Below are positions 24,803-36,739 of a stretch of DNA of 64,000 bases, piece by piece; the stretch's first letter is position 1, and each line of letters opens with the position of its first letter. Below the pieces are notes generated by a model. It did not search any database and was not told where the DNA came from. It was given only the letters and a program-made list of their open reading frames with translations. The position numbers and the translations under genes were made by a program. Source of the DNA: Macrostomum lignano. Lineage: Eukaryota. Location: positions 1-64,000 of the forward strand of contig NIVC01003333.1 of assembly GCA_002269645.1 (NCBI GenBank). Direction: 5' to 3'.

Positions 24803-25566
24803 GTCCTCTGCCCATGTCACTGAACAAATAAATTAGAAACACGCTTTGCTGACACATGCATTAGCAAGATAGAAAGCTTTCAGTTTTTAAGCACTTTGTC
24901 TTTTGTCCTTTGTCCTCTGTCCTTTGTCCTCTGTCCTCTGCCCATGTCACTGAACAAATAAATTAGAAACACGCTTTGCTGACACATGCATTAGCAAGAT
25001 AGAAAGATTTCAGTTTTTAAGCACTTTGTCTTTTGTCCTTTGTCCTCTGTCCTTTGTCCTCTGTCCTCTGCCCATGTCACTGAACAAATAAATTAGAAAC
25101 ACGCTTTGCTGACACATGCATTAGCAAGATAGAAAGCTTTCAGTTTTTAAGCACTTTGTCTTTTGTCCTTTGTCCTCTGTCCTTTGTCCTCTGTCCTCTG
25201 TCCTTTGTCCTCTGTCCTTTGTCCTCTGTCCTTTGTCCTCTGTCCTTTGTCCTCTGTCCTTTGTCCTCTGTCCTTTGTCCTCTGTCCTTTGTCCTCTGTC
25301 CTTTGTCCTCTGTCCTTTGTCCTCTGTCCTTTGTCCTCTATCCTTTGTCCTCTGTCCTTTGTCCTCTGTCCTTTGTCCTCTGTCCTTTGTCCTCTGTCCT
25401 TTGTCCTCTGTCCTTTGTCCTCTGTCCTTTGTCCTCTGTCCTTTGTCCTCTGTCCTTTGTCCTCTGTCCTTTGTCCTCTGTCCTTTGTCCTCTGTCCTTT
25501 GTCCTCTGTCCTTTGTCCTCTGTCCTTTGTCCTCTGTCCTTTGTCCTCTGTCCTCTGTCTTTTGTC
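24803..25566. repeat. 130-bp unit x3 whose internal 7-mer (TGTCCTT/TGTCCTC) is expanded to ~420 bp in the third copy
   Basis: CCCATGTCAC recurs at 24811, 24941 and 25071; pure 7/14-bp array from ~25150 to 25566. Confidence 0.93.
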
Positions 25567-25869
25567 TGATGCCCAGATCCTTCTGGTTCACGTCTACATT
25601 GTCCCAACCATCCGCAAATTTGTGTACCATAACTACACGTACAACTGAGCAGCCGGTATATTTGCACTGCACTCGACAAACGAGATTACTGACACATTTC
25701 TCTTTGATTCGAGGTACCGATTGAGAAGGAAAATTGCCTGCTAGCTGGACTCTGTTTGGCTGTTAGTCAATCTGCAAGAAAGGCGAATTTCTTCCGTGGA
25801 ATTCCTTTGATAAATTCAGTGAATTTTAGGAATGTCGGTGTGATTTATCTATTAGGGGGAATGAAATTG

Positions 25870-26465
25870 CCAGGAGTAGGTGGGAAATTTCCTGTTTGGG
25901 GGAATTAAACTCTCGCTGAAGTAGTTGCGGAATTACCCGTTTGGGGTTTGGGGGGAATTAAACTCCCAAGAGTAAGTGAGGAATTACCTGTTTGGGGGAA
26001 TTAAACTCCCAGGAGGCGGGGAATTTCCTGTTTGGGGGAATTAAACTCCCAGGAGTAAGTGAGGAATCACCTGTTTGGGGGAATTAAACTCCCAGGAGGC
26101 GGGGAATTTCCTGTTTGGGGGAATTAAACTCCCAGGAGTAAGTGAGGAATCACCTGTTTGGGGGAATTAAACTCCCAGGAGGCGGGGAATTTCCTGTTTG
26201 GGGGGAATTAAACTCCCAGGAGGCGGGGAATTACCTGTTTGGGGGGAATCAAACTCCCAGGAGGCGGGGAATTACCTGTTTGGGGGGAATTAAACTCCCA
26301 GGAGGCGGGGAATTACCTGTTTGGGGGAATTAAACTCCCAGGAGGCGGGGAATTACCTGTTTGGGGGAATCAAACTCCCAGGAGGCGGGGAATTACCTGT
26401 TTAGGGGAATTAAACTCCCAGGAGGCGGGGAATCACCTGTTTGGAGGGGAATTAAATTCCCAGGA
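25870..26465. repeat. ~40-bp G-rich minisatellite (GGGGAATTACCTGTTTGGGGGAATTAAACTCCCAGGAGGC)
   Basis: About 14 copies with variable G-runs. Confidence 0.92.
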
Positions 26466-29400
26466 AAAGGTGGGGAGCTGCTTATGGAGAAGTGAGGAAA
26501 ATACCCTGCCTCCATCTGCATTGATAAGGGGGAATGATGCCAGCTTGAGTTCAGTGACAGAATTGTCACAGAATGACGTCAACTATTATCTTAAATCCTC
26601 CCCAAAAATTTCGCGCTTCAGACACGCCTCAGCAATAATTAAAAGGGTCTGTAATTACTGAACGCCTTTAGTAGCAAAAATTCTTTGCATTTCAAGATAA
26701 TTGTCGTCTGCGGATGAGGAGTAACTAAGGTCTGTAATTATGCTCACAACCAAGTTGGAAACAGGGATTTTCTTACTGTCAAGCATCATACAAGCGTGTT
26801 TGAGCTAATTTTAGAAATAGGTTGAATAATGACATAGCAGTTTCCGCGGCAATCAAGCCTAGGATCAAGCAGTTCTATCCCTTGGTGTGAGAACCAAGCT
26901 GCTGAAGTCTTGCTTCTCATTGTCTATGGCCCAAAAGGGGGTCTGTAGAGCAGCCACAGTACATCCTTCTTTTATTTGCTGAAGCGTCTGCAAACAGATG
27001 ACATACCAATCAAACTTCTATTTCAGTGAAACCAATAAAAACAAAGACAGACAGACAACATAATGCACTGCTTTATTATGTACGTCCAGCCATCGCTAAA
27101 TGCACCCCCCTTATGCTCAGCACTGTCACCTTCTCTCGATGGAAACGACCAATTCACAGTTGCTTTTGATGGTCATAAACATGGGACGCATAAGCGCGCA
27201 ATGTCATCAACTCGCGCTTGCATAAGCGCGCAGGTGGCACAAGAGCGCACTGGACGTGTTGCAAAACAACTGACAGGTGACAGGCCCTTAATAAATTTTA
27301 CGAATGAAAGTCAAAGATCGATGTAAATAAGCTGGTTGCACGATGCATGATAGTGGTCTGAAGGGGAGTTTACTTGTATACTTTAAGTTGTGCTGAAAGT
27401 TGCAAATTTGAATCTGCTCTCTTAGACCAAGCTTCGTCAAAAATACGTAGGCGCGCTTATAACAGTGCGTGCATATGCAGCGTAACCCATGAAAATTGCA
27501 ACGTCATTTCATCCCGATCACACTAATCTACGTGTGTAGTCTTTTCTTTGGCTAAAAGGTAAAGCGAGTAAGCGCGGGCCCTAACTAACCAAAATTGGCG
27601 ATTGTAAAATTAAATGCTAGAACGTACGGCAATTTTATTGTCAACGTGCAACCCGATACGTACATTTACAGTATGTTAGAATATAATTCAGTTATTTAGA
27701 GCAAATGAATAACATTATTGCCAGAAAATTACAATTCTCCTCAAAAAACGAAACGAGCTAGCTCGTAAAATGCGGAATACTTGGCTCAGTTATTAGCACA
27801 AACTACGAGTGAAATTCTGTAGCTGATAGGCTGGTCCTTGACAGCTCACGGGTGCCGCGCCAGCATCCGCTTCTGGTGGCAGGCCCTCGGCCGCTGGCAG
27901 AGTCGGATATGCGTCAGGTGGCGAGCGCGTGTCCGGTCGCAGGAGGTAGGAATCGCCTAGCTTGTCGGTGACAGTCGAAAGGTGTCTAAATTTTCGTGCG
28001 TCTCATCCGCTTGCGGAGAACCGCCGAAACCTGCTGCCATCTGGTTGTTGTAGGCCGTGTGAGCTGGGCTCGGTCGTGCTGCACAAACTACGGTGGTTGA
28101 ATTGACGGGACGCCGTTGTTGAGAGGTCGGCTCATGAGCAGTTCGCTGGTTTCCAAGTGCGGAGTGACGCGATGAGCGAGCAGCCAGGCGTCTGGTGCAG
28201 TGCGCCAGTTGCGTCCTTCTGTGATGGCCGACCGAATCCGGGGCGCACAGCATCAGTCAACAGGCAGTCGACGAAGCGCACAATGCGCGCTTGTCCTCGC
28301 CGGTAGGATGCCTGCAGCACCTTCTGCAGTGCGACTCTGCACGAATCTCTGCGAGCTGGAGAGTCACTGCGCTGCCGCTGTGCCACGTTGGTAACTCGCT
28401 CGTAGCGGGTCTTGAAGCGAGTGCCCTGTCAGCATCTAGTTCTGAGAGTTGTACTAAAGCAGGACGAACTGGACCACCGCCTCAAAAATTTCTGCCCTCC
28501 GGTGGTCAGTTAGGGCCAGTTAGACTGTAGGACTGCCTTTTAAAGCAGCCCAAGCAGGCGCACGGCGACACTGCAGCTCCTCGTGGATGTCGAGAACCAG
28601 GCCGCCAACGTAGACAAACTGCTGACATGCAGTTGTTTTCATACTGCTTTCTCTTCGTAAATTTAGCAACCTTAAAATTAATTAGATAGTACGCCGTTAA
28701 TGTGTTTAAACGGAGTACTATCGAAGAAACCCTATATAATAAAAGCGTCGTAATTTTACTGCATGTAAAATCAGCAATTTTTAAATAAACCATATTCATA
28801 GCCCAAAATAGCTTGGCAACAATTCATATTTTTCCCATACAAATTTTAGTTCCGAATAACCTTTACTCTGTCGTACCGTTAAATTGTTGCTATGGTCTAC
28901 TACATGTAGCATGCTCTGTACCTTTTCTTGCAGGTACAAGTACATTTATAACTTTACTACTTTCAAAATTAAAAATACAAAAATGGACTCCATTCTTCTG
29001 ATTAATACGAGCGTATTATTCACCGCACCGTTGGGAATGGGGAAGCAGCATGCACTGGCAAGTCAGATGAGATCCCCGTCTTTCAGATCAGGCCAATTTT
29101 CTTGCTGGCGGTGAAATGTTTATTCGCTAACAGGTTCGCAATTAACTTTCGCGACTTAAGTGCTCCTTCATGATAAGAGTCAGTTTATCATGTCTCGATC
29201 CTCTTTAATAGCGCGTACCGTTGTCCATTCTTAACAAAGTTGTTTCAAATGTTGCACACAAAATGACATCCAAAATCCGGGAGATCTTAGCGTTTGGACC
29301 ACCACAATGACTATTTTAAGAAAAGGTGGCATCTTGAAACTAGGTTTTGGGTGTTATAAGGTTTCCCGAGTCAATAAGAACGGCAGCCAGTTGCGAGACA

Positions 29401-29833
29401 CCTCTTGAAAAAACCTTCGAATGTCTATCATCAAAAGGTTGGCGAAAATTGATGAACAGGAAGTGACTTCGGTGCAGCATCGAAAGGCAATTTGCGGAAT
29501 CGAATTAGCTCGTACCTACGGAGCGTCTTTAGAATCGAGTTTGGCCAACGCGCACTCCACGATCGTACCCGTTGAGAACCATACCGGGACAAGAATCACT
29601 AAAGAGTCATTGCAAACAACTCTCTAGTGACTTGTGCGTCTGGGGCGACTCTTGTGACTTTTTAACGGAGAGGCGAATTCTGTATCCCAATCGCGTCACG
29701 TGAGTTGTAGAATCGTAAAAGAGTCGCGAAAAAGTCGCCCAAGAATTATTGTGCTGGCGCTTAACTTTCTACAACACAGTAGGTTAGTTAGAGTGCAATC
29801 AGGGTTCTATAGGCTAAAACTGAGTGTTCATTG

Positions 29834-30458
29834 CCCGATGAAAACGGTACCCAGGCCAAGAATCGCCCCGGAGTCACTTGCGTCGCCCCAGAATCGGTTC
29901 ACACGCGTTGCAGATGATAGGGCAAATAGGAAAGTAATTCTAAACGACTCTAAAACGAGCTGTCACGGTACAAATCACGGTCGATGAGCTGCGTTTTCTA
30001 TTCGCCTAGAACGCCTCAGAAGTGACGCACTAACGATTCTACAGTGACGCAAAAAGCGCTTTTTTCTGCGACTTTTATGCGACTGAAGAACGCCGCTGAA
30101 ACGCCGGAAATGTGACTGTAATTTCATCAAGTGACGCAATTAAATGCGATTCAAACACAACTCAGTGACTCTAATGCGACTAGAACGCCTCATATACGAC
30201 TCTACGGCCCCATAATCGCTATACCGTCGCCCCAGAGTCACCAGAGTCGCGCCAGAATCACTTGCGTCGCCCCAGAATCGTTTCAGAGTCGCAGACAATA
30301 AAACGCTTCAAAGTTATTCTGGGGCAACTCTTTGGCGAATTTTTGGAGACTTGTACTGTGGCATGTCGTCGTTTTAGAGTCGTTTAGAATCCCTTCTTTC
30401 CTATTTGACCTGTCATCTGCAACGCTTGATTCTTGGCCTGGGTACCGTTCTCATCGGG
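29834..30458. mobile_element. Non-autonomous inverted-repeat (MITE/foldback-like) element
   Basis: CCCGATGAAAACGGTACCCAGGCCAAGAATC (from 29834) mirrors GATTCTTGGCCTGGGTACCGTTCTCATCGGG (to 30458). A second inverted arm pair lies at 29908-29985 and 30345-30425. Internal subrepeats GCGTCGCCCCAGAATCG. No coding capacity. Confidence 0.65.
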
Positions 30459-30975
30459 GTAAGCATAAGTGAGGAAGACTTTTGCCAGTGCGATACCGAT
30501 GTCCCACTGAAGCAGATGAGCAGATGAATTCCCTCAGCAAATTGGCTACAGGCTGCGTCGTTAAAATGGAATTTGGCTTTATTTTTGGAATTCAAGTGTC
30601 AAGTAGGGGAATGCTGAAGGATGCATGTCGGGATAGAGATTGAATCCTCACCTCAATGTCAAACTATTGGCTCACTGCACCATTGAGGCTTTTAACAATG
30701 AATTTAATTCACTAGCTTGTTGACTAGAGTAGGCAGAAAATTTATTGACTTATCTACGAGGCTGGCAATGAGAAATTTCACCCAAAGATTCGGTCACCGT
30801 GAGGCGTGGTCTTCCGGCCTCGATCACTTCCGGTTTCAAACATGAAAGAAAACTGTGGCATTGGTCAACGAGTTGATAATGCAAGCGTCTAAGGAAATCA
30901 GGATTGAGAATGCGCTTTCTCACTAATTCTCGAGAAACAATCCGACAATTGCAGAACTCCAGGTTGCGCAATTAG

Positions 30976-31372
30976 TTCTCTATGGCTTTGGCTATGACTA
31001 TATGGTCATGGCTTTGGCTATGGCTATGGTTATGGCTATGGCTATGGCTATGGCTATGGCTATGGCTATGGCTATGGCTATGACTATATGGTCATGGCTA
31101 TGGCTATGGCTATGGTTATGGCTATGGCTGTGGCTATGGCTATGGCTATGGCTTTGGCTATGACTATATGGTCATGGCTATGGCTATGGCTATGGTTATG
31201 GCTATGGCTATGTCTATGGCTATGGCTATGGCTATGACTATGGCTATGGCTATGGATATGGCTATGACTATGGCTATGGCTATGGCTATGGCTATGACTA
31301 TGGCTATGGCCATGTCTATGGCTATGGCCATGGCTATGGCTATGGCTATGGCTATGGCTATGGCTATGGCAA
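30976..31372. repeat. (GGCTAT)n hexamer microsatellite
   Basis: About 65 copies with variants. Confidence 0.95.
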
Positions 31373-32491
31373 TCGATGAAGCATGATGAAGCGGTCGGAA
31401 GCTGCAGCTGCAGCAGAGCGCGGCGGGCCATAGCAATTTGCTGCCGCTAGCCAACCCCCTATTCGTGGCGACCGCGGCTTTTCTCTTTTGTTCGCCATTT
31501 CTCTACCCCCTTGCCTGACCGGATGGAGCAAGTGCTGTTGCTACTACAAGCCCATTCGAATTTGCTGGCCACCTTCAGCTCCACTTCCCATCCGCTGCCC
31601 CACCCCCCTGTTCTGTCTGGCGCCAAGCTGCATTGGGGAGGCTCTCGCCATCAGCCAGTACCGGACCTCGCGCAAGGGTGCAAGCGGGGCGGTCGGGTGG
31701 TCAAATGGCGCAGCAGTTCAAGCATTTCTGCAGCAGCAAACCTTGCTCCTAAAAGCAGTAGCTGCAGAGCCAACTGATCCGTCAGGTACTCGTACAGTAG
31801 GCGACAGGTCCTGCACAGGTGAGCAGCTTCAGTCGGATATCGAGGATTCTTGCCGAAATCGCGTGGCAAGCCTTTTGTGAGAGCCGACTCGCAGGCTTGC
31901 TTTGGAACTTTTTTGCAACTGATCAAAGAGACCGCTAGCGGATTGGTTCTTTTCGCCCCGTGAGCTCGCAGCTTCAATTCAAATGTGCAATAAGAAATTC
32001 TCCAAATCAAAAAGCAAAGCTGAGAATTTCGGGAAAAAATTTGCGGCTTTTGTCCATAAGTCTTTCATTCAAATAATCCCTGTCTCATGCAGTCAGCCAG
32101 AGCGCTTGACTCGAACCAGAAGGACGAGATAAATGATCAGATATGCGGGTCAACTCGGAAAAATTATTCGGGTAGCTCCAAAGTGCATAAATTTAGCAGC
32201 AAACCGTGCTTTGAAGAAACGATGGTACCGTCAAATGTCTCGATTTTAGTGAAAAAGCAAAGCAAAATGATGTACGAGCTATTACTTCTGCCTTGCTCTC
32301 TCGGAAATAGCTCTGAAACCTGCGCCCATTGGGAGCTGACCAGATCATTGCTCCCTCGGAAATAGCTCTGAAACCTGCACCCATTGGGAGCTGACCAGAC
32401 CATTGCGAATCCCTAATTTCACGAAAAATTTTTTCCGACTGCCAATCGAGAACGCACAAGCCTGGACCAGGAGCTGCTCAGCGGAGCCTGG

Positions 32492-33193
32492 GTGACGGCG
32501 GCAGTTGTGGCGGTCGCTGTTGTCACCATGCTGGCCATGGCGTTCACTTTCAAGGCCCTGCAGTGCTGCTACATTCGCTGCCGGCGCCAGCGCACGCAGC
32601 TACGCGTAAGTCAACAGCAGCAGCCGTCAGTAACCACCGCCGCCACCGCCGCTACTTCCACAGCTGTAGCCGCCCCCGCTGCATCCGCAGATGCTCCTCT
32701 GCACAATGACAGCTTTGATACTTTCTTGCAGTTTTCATTCAACAGCCAGCCATCAGCAATAGCACCAGCAGCCACAGCAGCTTCCGCAAATGCCAACGGG
32801 CCCAAGCACTTCGCCAGCCGCAGTCCCGGAGGCCGGTCGGTCGCGATGCTCAAGTCGCCTGTAGATTTGGCAGGTCGCCACAGCAAGGCCAGCTCTGCAG
32901 CAGGCTTCAAGCAGCAACCAGGACACTGGCTGGTCCATGCCCATTCGAAATTCAGTCGGCAGAGGGAAGCGAGTAAAATGCTGAAGCGTTGGATTCGTTC
33001 AGCTGTGAGGCGTCTCGGCAGCGACAGTCAAAGTCCAGCCGCAACGCTGACAGGCAGGGAGCTGCCGCCCGGACCTCCGGCATCTCCTCCAGCTTCTATG
33101 AGGTGGGTGGCTACGATTAGTCACCGCCCAGCAGCACTCCAGCAGCAGCACTCGACTGGCGTCTCACAACGGCAATGGCTGGCACTCGGCTAG
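32492..33193 (+). CDS. Possible terminal exon of a single-pass membrane protein
   Basis: Hydrophobic helix VTAAVVAVAVVTMLAMAFTF followed by a Cys/Arg stop-transfer cluster (QCCYIRCRRQR) and an Ala/Gln-rich tail. No ATG start or upstream exon confidently found. Confidence 0.3.
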   Translation: MTAAVVAVAVVTMLAMAFTFKALQCCYIRCRRQRTQLRVSQQQQPSVTTAATAATSTAVAAPAASADAPLHNDSFDTFLQFSFNSQPSAIAPAATAASANANGPKHFASRSPGGRSVAMLKSPVDLAGRHSKASSAAGFKQQPGHWLVHAHSKFSRQREASKMLKRWIRSAVRRLGSDSQSPAATLTGRELPPGPPASPPASMRWVATISHRPAALQQQHSTGVSQRQWLALG

Positions 33194-33401
33194 GCAGCAC
33201 CAGCAGCAGGGCATGAGAAAGTCCAGTGATTTCTTATACACTGGACCGAGTGCATGAGAAGGGTCCACACTAAGGTGCGGAGAGGGGTCCGCACTAAAGG
33301 CAACCGTCTGACCGAGTTGCAAAATCGTGCGGAGTGGGCCGGCCAGCACCGACCCATGACAAGCGACCCCCTTCACGCGACCCACGTCCAGGACGGCTGC
33401 C

Positions 33402-34169
33402 TTGCCTGACGGGCCGCCGGACGTGTCCCGTATCATCATGGAGACGACGAAGTGTCGTGACCAACAGGAATACTACGCAACTAAAGCCCCGGACATCCAC
33501 CACGAGAGTGCCGATACCGAAGATATTGCAGGAATCTATACCGTCCACAGACTCCGCGGCGGCCACGCCAGTGAAGAGCAGCCGAAGGAGAAGCGCTGTA
33601 AAATGACGCACAAACGGAGCATCAAGCGTGGCCGAGAACTCCACATCCTGCAGCTCAACTGCAACGGGCTGCAGGCACGCCAAACGGAATTAGCCGAACG
33701 TCTTGCCCACCTCCGCCCCAGTGCCGTCTTGCTTCAAGAAACGCACAGGGAAGCCGAGAATTCCCAACGTCATCTTCCACGGTGGCTCAAAAAAGAACTG
33801 GCACCTGAGATCGAGACAGACGCCCACCCTGGTGATCGCGGACCAAAACGTGAAGTTCGTGAAAACCCTTCAACGGTGTTGAGGACAAACTGCCACAAGA
33901 CCAACCAGCTGCTGAGCAGCCATCAATCGGTCAGCCTCGTCTCGCTGGAAGCCAACGAGCTGGCCCTCCGACGCGACCGCATCAGCCTTGACTTGCACTA
34001 TCCGGCCATCCCGTTGATTTCGCCCCATTGTGCGGCGTCCGACGCCCTGGTTGTCATTGTGAGAGATCGGCTGGCACGACACGTGCGCGAATGGCAGGAG
34101 TCTCCTGGAGCTGCTCTGCCACTGTCGACTCGAACCTGCCAACTAACTTCTTTCATTTTCACGCAGTAG
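33402..34169 (+). mobile_element. Internally deleted non-LTR retrotransposon relic with APE endonuclease N-terminus
   Basis: ELHILQLNCNGLQARQTELAERLAHLRPSAVLLQETH (33636-33746) matches the LINE apurinic endonuclease motif ILQxNxNG...LQETH; the rest of the domain and the RT are absent. Confidence 0.75.
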
Positions 34170-34690
34170 CTCTTACATGATGCCCTTTCACTTGCTATCA
34201 TTTTTGTTCTTTCTAAGAGTTTACTCAGTGATTTTTCTGCTCCTCTGCTATTGTGTGCACTTGTTTGTTGATACTGGCGCCGTGCGCGGTGCACCGGAAC
34301 TCTACGGATCATTTATCGTTATGGCCAAACTGTACCAGCGTATAGTTCTAGCCATTTACTAAGGTATTTATTATTCAGTTTATATTTTTTCATTCATTCT
34401 ATTTATTTTGATCTGTTACTCATCATACTTCGTCTATTTATTCTGTAGACATTTATTTCTCTGCTAAGGGTCTGTAAGACCTTTGTAGCTCGTACGAGCG
34501 TACTCTACTTTTAGCCATCAATCTGTTCTTCTAAAAGTCTCTGATTCATTTTATATTGTACATGTGATGAGACTTACGTACTGTTTTATGCGCTTGTACT
34601 CTTGTTTCTCTCTCCCCTCACCGATTTTCTCCTTCCAGGAGTTACCGCCTTCAAATATTGACGGCAACTTGCGCAAATAAACTTTACTGT

Positions 34691-34732
34691 ACTCATCCTG
34701 ACGAAGAATTTACCAAATTCGAAATATCGGCA
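34691..34732 (+). ncRNA. Minimal hammerhead-ribozyme-like motif (Penelope-type)
   Basis: CTGACGA 34698-34704, extra A, stem II GAATTT/AAATTC, GAAA 34721-34724, then TATC-GG. Stem I is only about 2 bp. Confidence 0.35.
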
Positions 34733-34789
34733 ATATTACCTAAATTGACTTATCAGACCTTTTTCACCTCAGATTGGAGGTGTCCTCCT

Positions 34790-35100
34790 TTCTCCCCTCT
34801 CCTTTCTCCTGTCTCTCCCAATATCTTCTTTCTCTCTCTCCCATCTCTGCTCTCTCTTTTCGTCTCCCCTCTCTCTCCCTCTTCCCTCTCTCTGCCCTCT
34901 CTTTCTTCCTCATTCTATCTCCGTCTCTCACTCTTCCTCTCTTTCTGCCTACGTCTCCCCGTCTGTCCCTCTCTCTGTATCTTTTCTTTTTAGCTCCCTC
35001 TTCTTCCTCTCTCCTCTCGCCCCCTCTCTCCTCTCTCCCCTCCCTCTGAGGATCCTCCAATCTCTCACTCTCTCTTCTGCTCTCTTCCTTTCTTCCTCTT
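34790..35100. repeat. CT-rich low-complexity tract
   Basis: Pyrimidine-rich simple sequence. Confidence 0.85.
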
Positions 35101-35444
35101 TGTCTTGAACATTACGAGACGATCAGACCCATAAATTGTTCTTTTCTTCCGTCTAGTCCAAGCTGCGCCGGCTCTGTCAAAGCTCTGCTCTGTTGTTTTC
35201 TTACTTCAGTTTCCGTACAGACAGATGAAACACGCAATTTTCACTCAGACTTTAATCCTTCCTCACAACAATAGCAAATTCAAGAAACAGCGCCTAATGC
35301 AATCACCGAAGTGAACTCGGATATTCGAAAAGTCACTGTTTATTCTTCATATTCCACACAGAGATCTTTCAGTAAGTATTGTCAGTAGCGTCCTGACGGT
35401 GTGAGCTCTGCAGAACGCAGAATAGAACTCGTTGCTTTTCATCT

Positions 35445-35594
35445 CTACACCCTGCAAGTGTCGCCCTTGCATGACGGCGAATCACCGAGGCAGATCTCGT
35501 TTATGCAGTAACAGAGTGGACCACAGAGATCATCTGCATTTACAGTTGCCAACAGCGCAACGATGAGGACCAACAGAGCAAACAGAACTCGCAT
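35445..35594 (-). CDS. Secreted six-cysteine peptide precursor, copy 1 (49 aa, ends CRV)
   Basis: MRVLFALLVLIVALLATVNA-DDLCGPLCYCINEICLGDSPSCKGDTCRV; TATAAATA 35682-35689; AATAAA 35339-35344. Confidence 0.75.
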   Translation of the reverse strand: MRVLFALLVLIVALLATVNADDLCGPLCYCINEICLGDSPSCKGDTCRV

Positions 35595-36739
35595 GCTGTT
35601 TCTTGAAGATGTGAACTTGTTGCAGCCGATAATCTTGTAGGAGGATTTGTAGGCTTGATTTTGTGCCATTGCTCAGTGTTATATTTATAGATTCAAGATC
35701 CCATAAAACACGGCTGCAATCGTTTAAATCACGCACTGCTTGTCAAGCAGCTCCCAGAAAATTATTCGACTTTCTGCTCAGGTTGCAATAAATTTTCATG
35801 TCCCTGGATTGAGTTTGATTGATGAAGCAGAGTTAATTCGCATGGCGTTAACTAAGATTTGACATTTTCTCCACGCCTGCAAAAATAAGCGAAACTGGCT
35901 TAGATGCAATCCATCTGCTTTTGAGCTGTGTGCTGGCACGCTGGAGGCTGTTCATACGGACTTTTGTTCGTTACCATGACAACAAAATCTCAATCTTTTG
36001 CGGTTCCTCCAAAATCTCCTAAAAATCTACCTGTAAATGTTCATATACTACATATACTATATACTATACTCATATACTATACTAGCTAAACAGAGTTTCA
36101 TGATTGACAAGCTCTTAATCTCTGAAGCTCTTAGATTCCAAGTTCGATGCAAAACAACTCAAGAAGGCGCTATCGAACGTGACAGAAGCACATGACCGTT
36201 GGCCCTGCTTTCAGGAAGCGGCACTGAGCTGGCAACATAAAATTTTGTACAAATTTAGTCGAAAATTAAAAAATCGATCACATATATCTACCGACAAACC
36301 ATTTTTAGTACGAGTATAGTGTGTTAAATCGACTAACTCTTCGAAACCAACAAGTAATTAAGTAGGCAAAATCGGATGTCTGTAGCCTTCAATACCTCTG
36401 CGTTCTCGCGAACGCAAACAAAACAAACAAGTTAGCAAAAACACGCTTACCAAAAATCACGCCTTTTTTAATTATTATTTAACGTGGGGTGGGGTTAGCA
36501 AATTGAGGGGGTTGGCTCATGTACATTAAATCAAGAAAAAATACATGTACAATTAACTAAGTAAAACCCCAAAAATATGACAAACAATGAACCTTCAGAA
36601 CATAGTGGAACTTAAATTTTAACCAAATAATACATACAAGTTCCTCTTATAGACTTTTTATTACATGTATGTCTTAGAATGGAATCCGAATTTAATATGT
36701 CATATCTCATACAAAATGATAAGAGAAATGATAAGAGTC

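Noticed and set aside
27835-28560. GC-rich stretch with several 60-100 aa ORFs
   Set aside because: Translated in three minus frames without a recognisable motif; possibly a decayed element but unsupported.
432-31454. Other repetitive ORFs (1494-2177, 5409-5856, 13534-14529, 16812-17963, 18050-18727, 25121-25724, 31084-31454)
   Set aside because: Each coincides with a mini- or microsatellite and has no non-repetitive domain.
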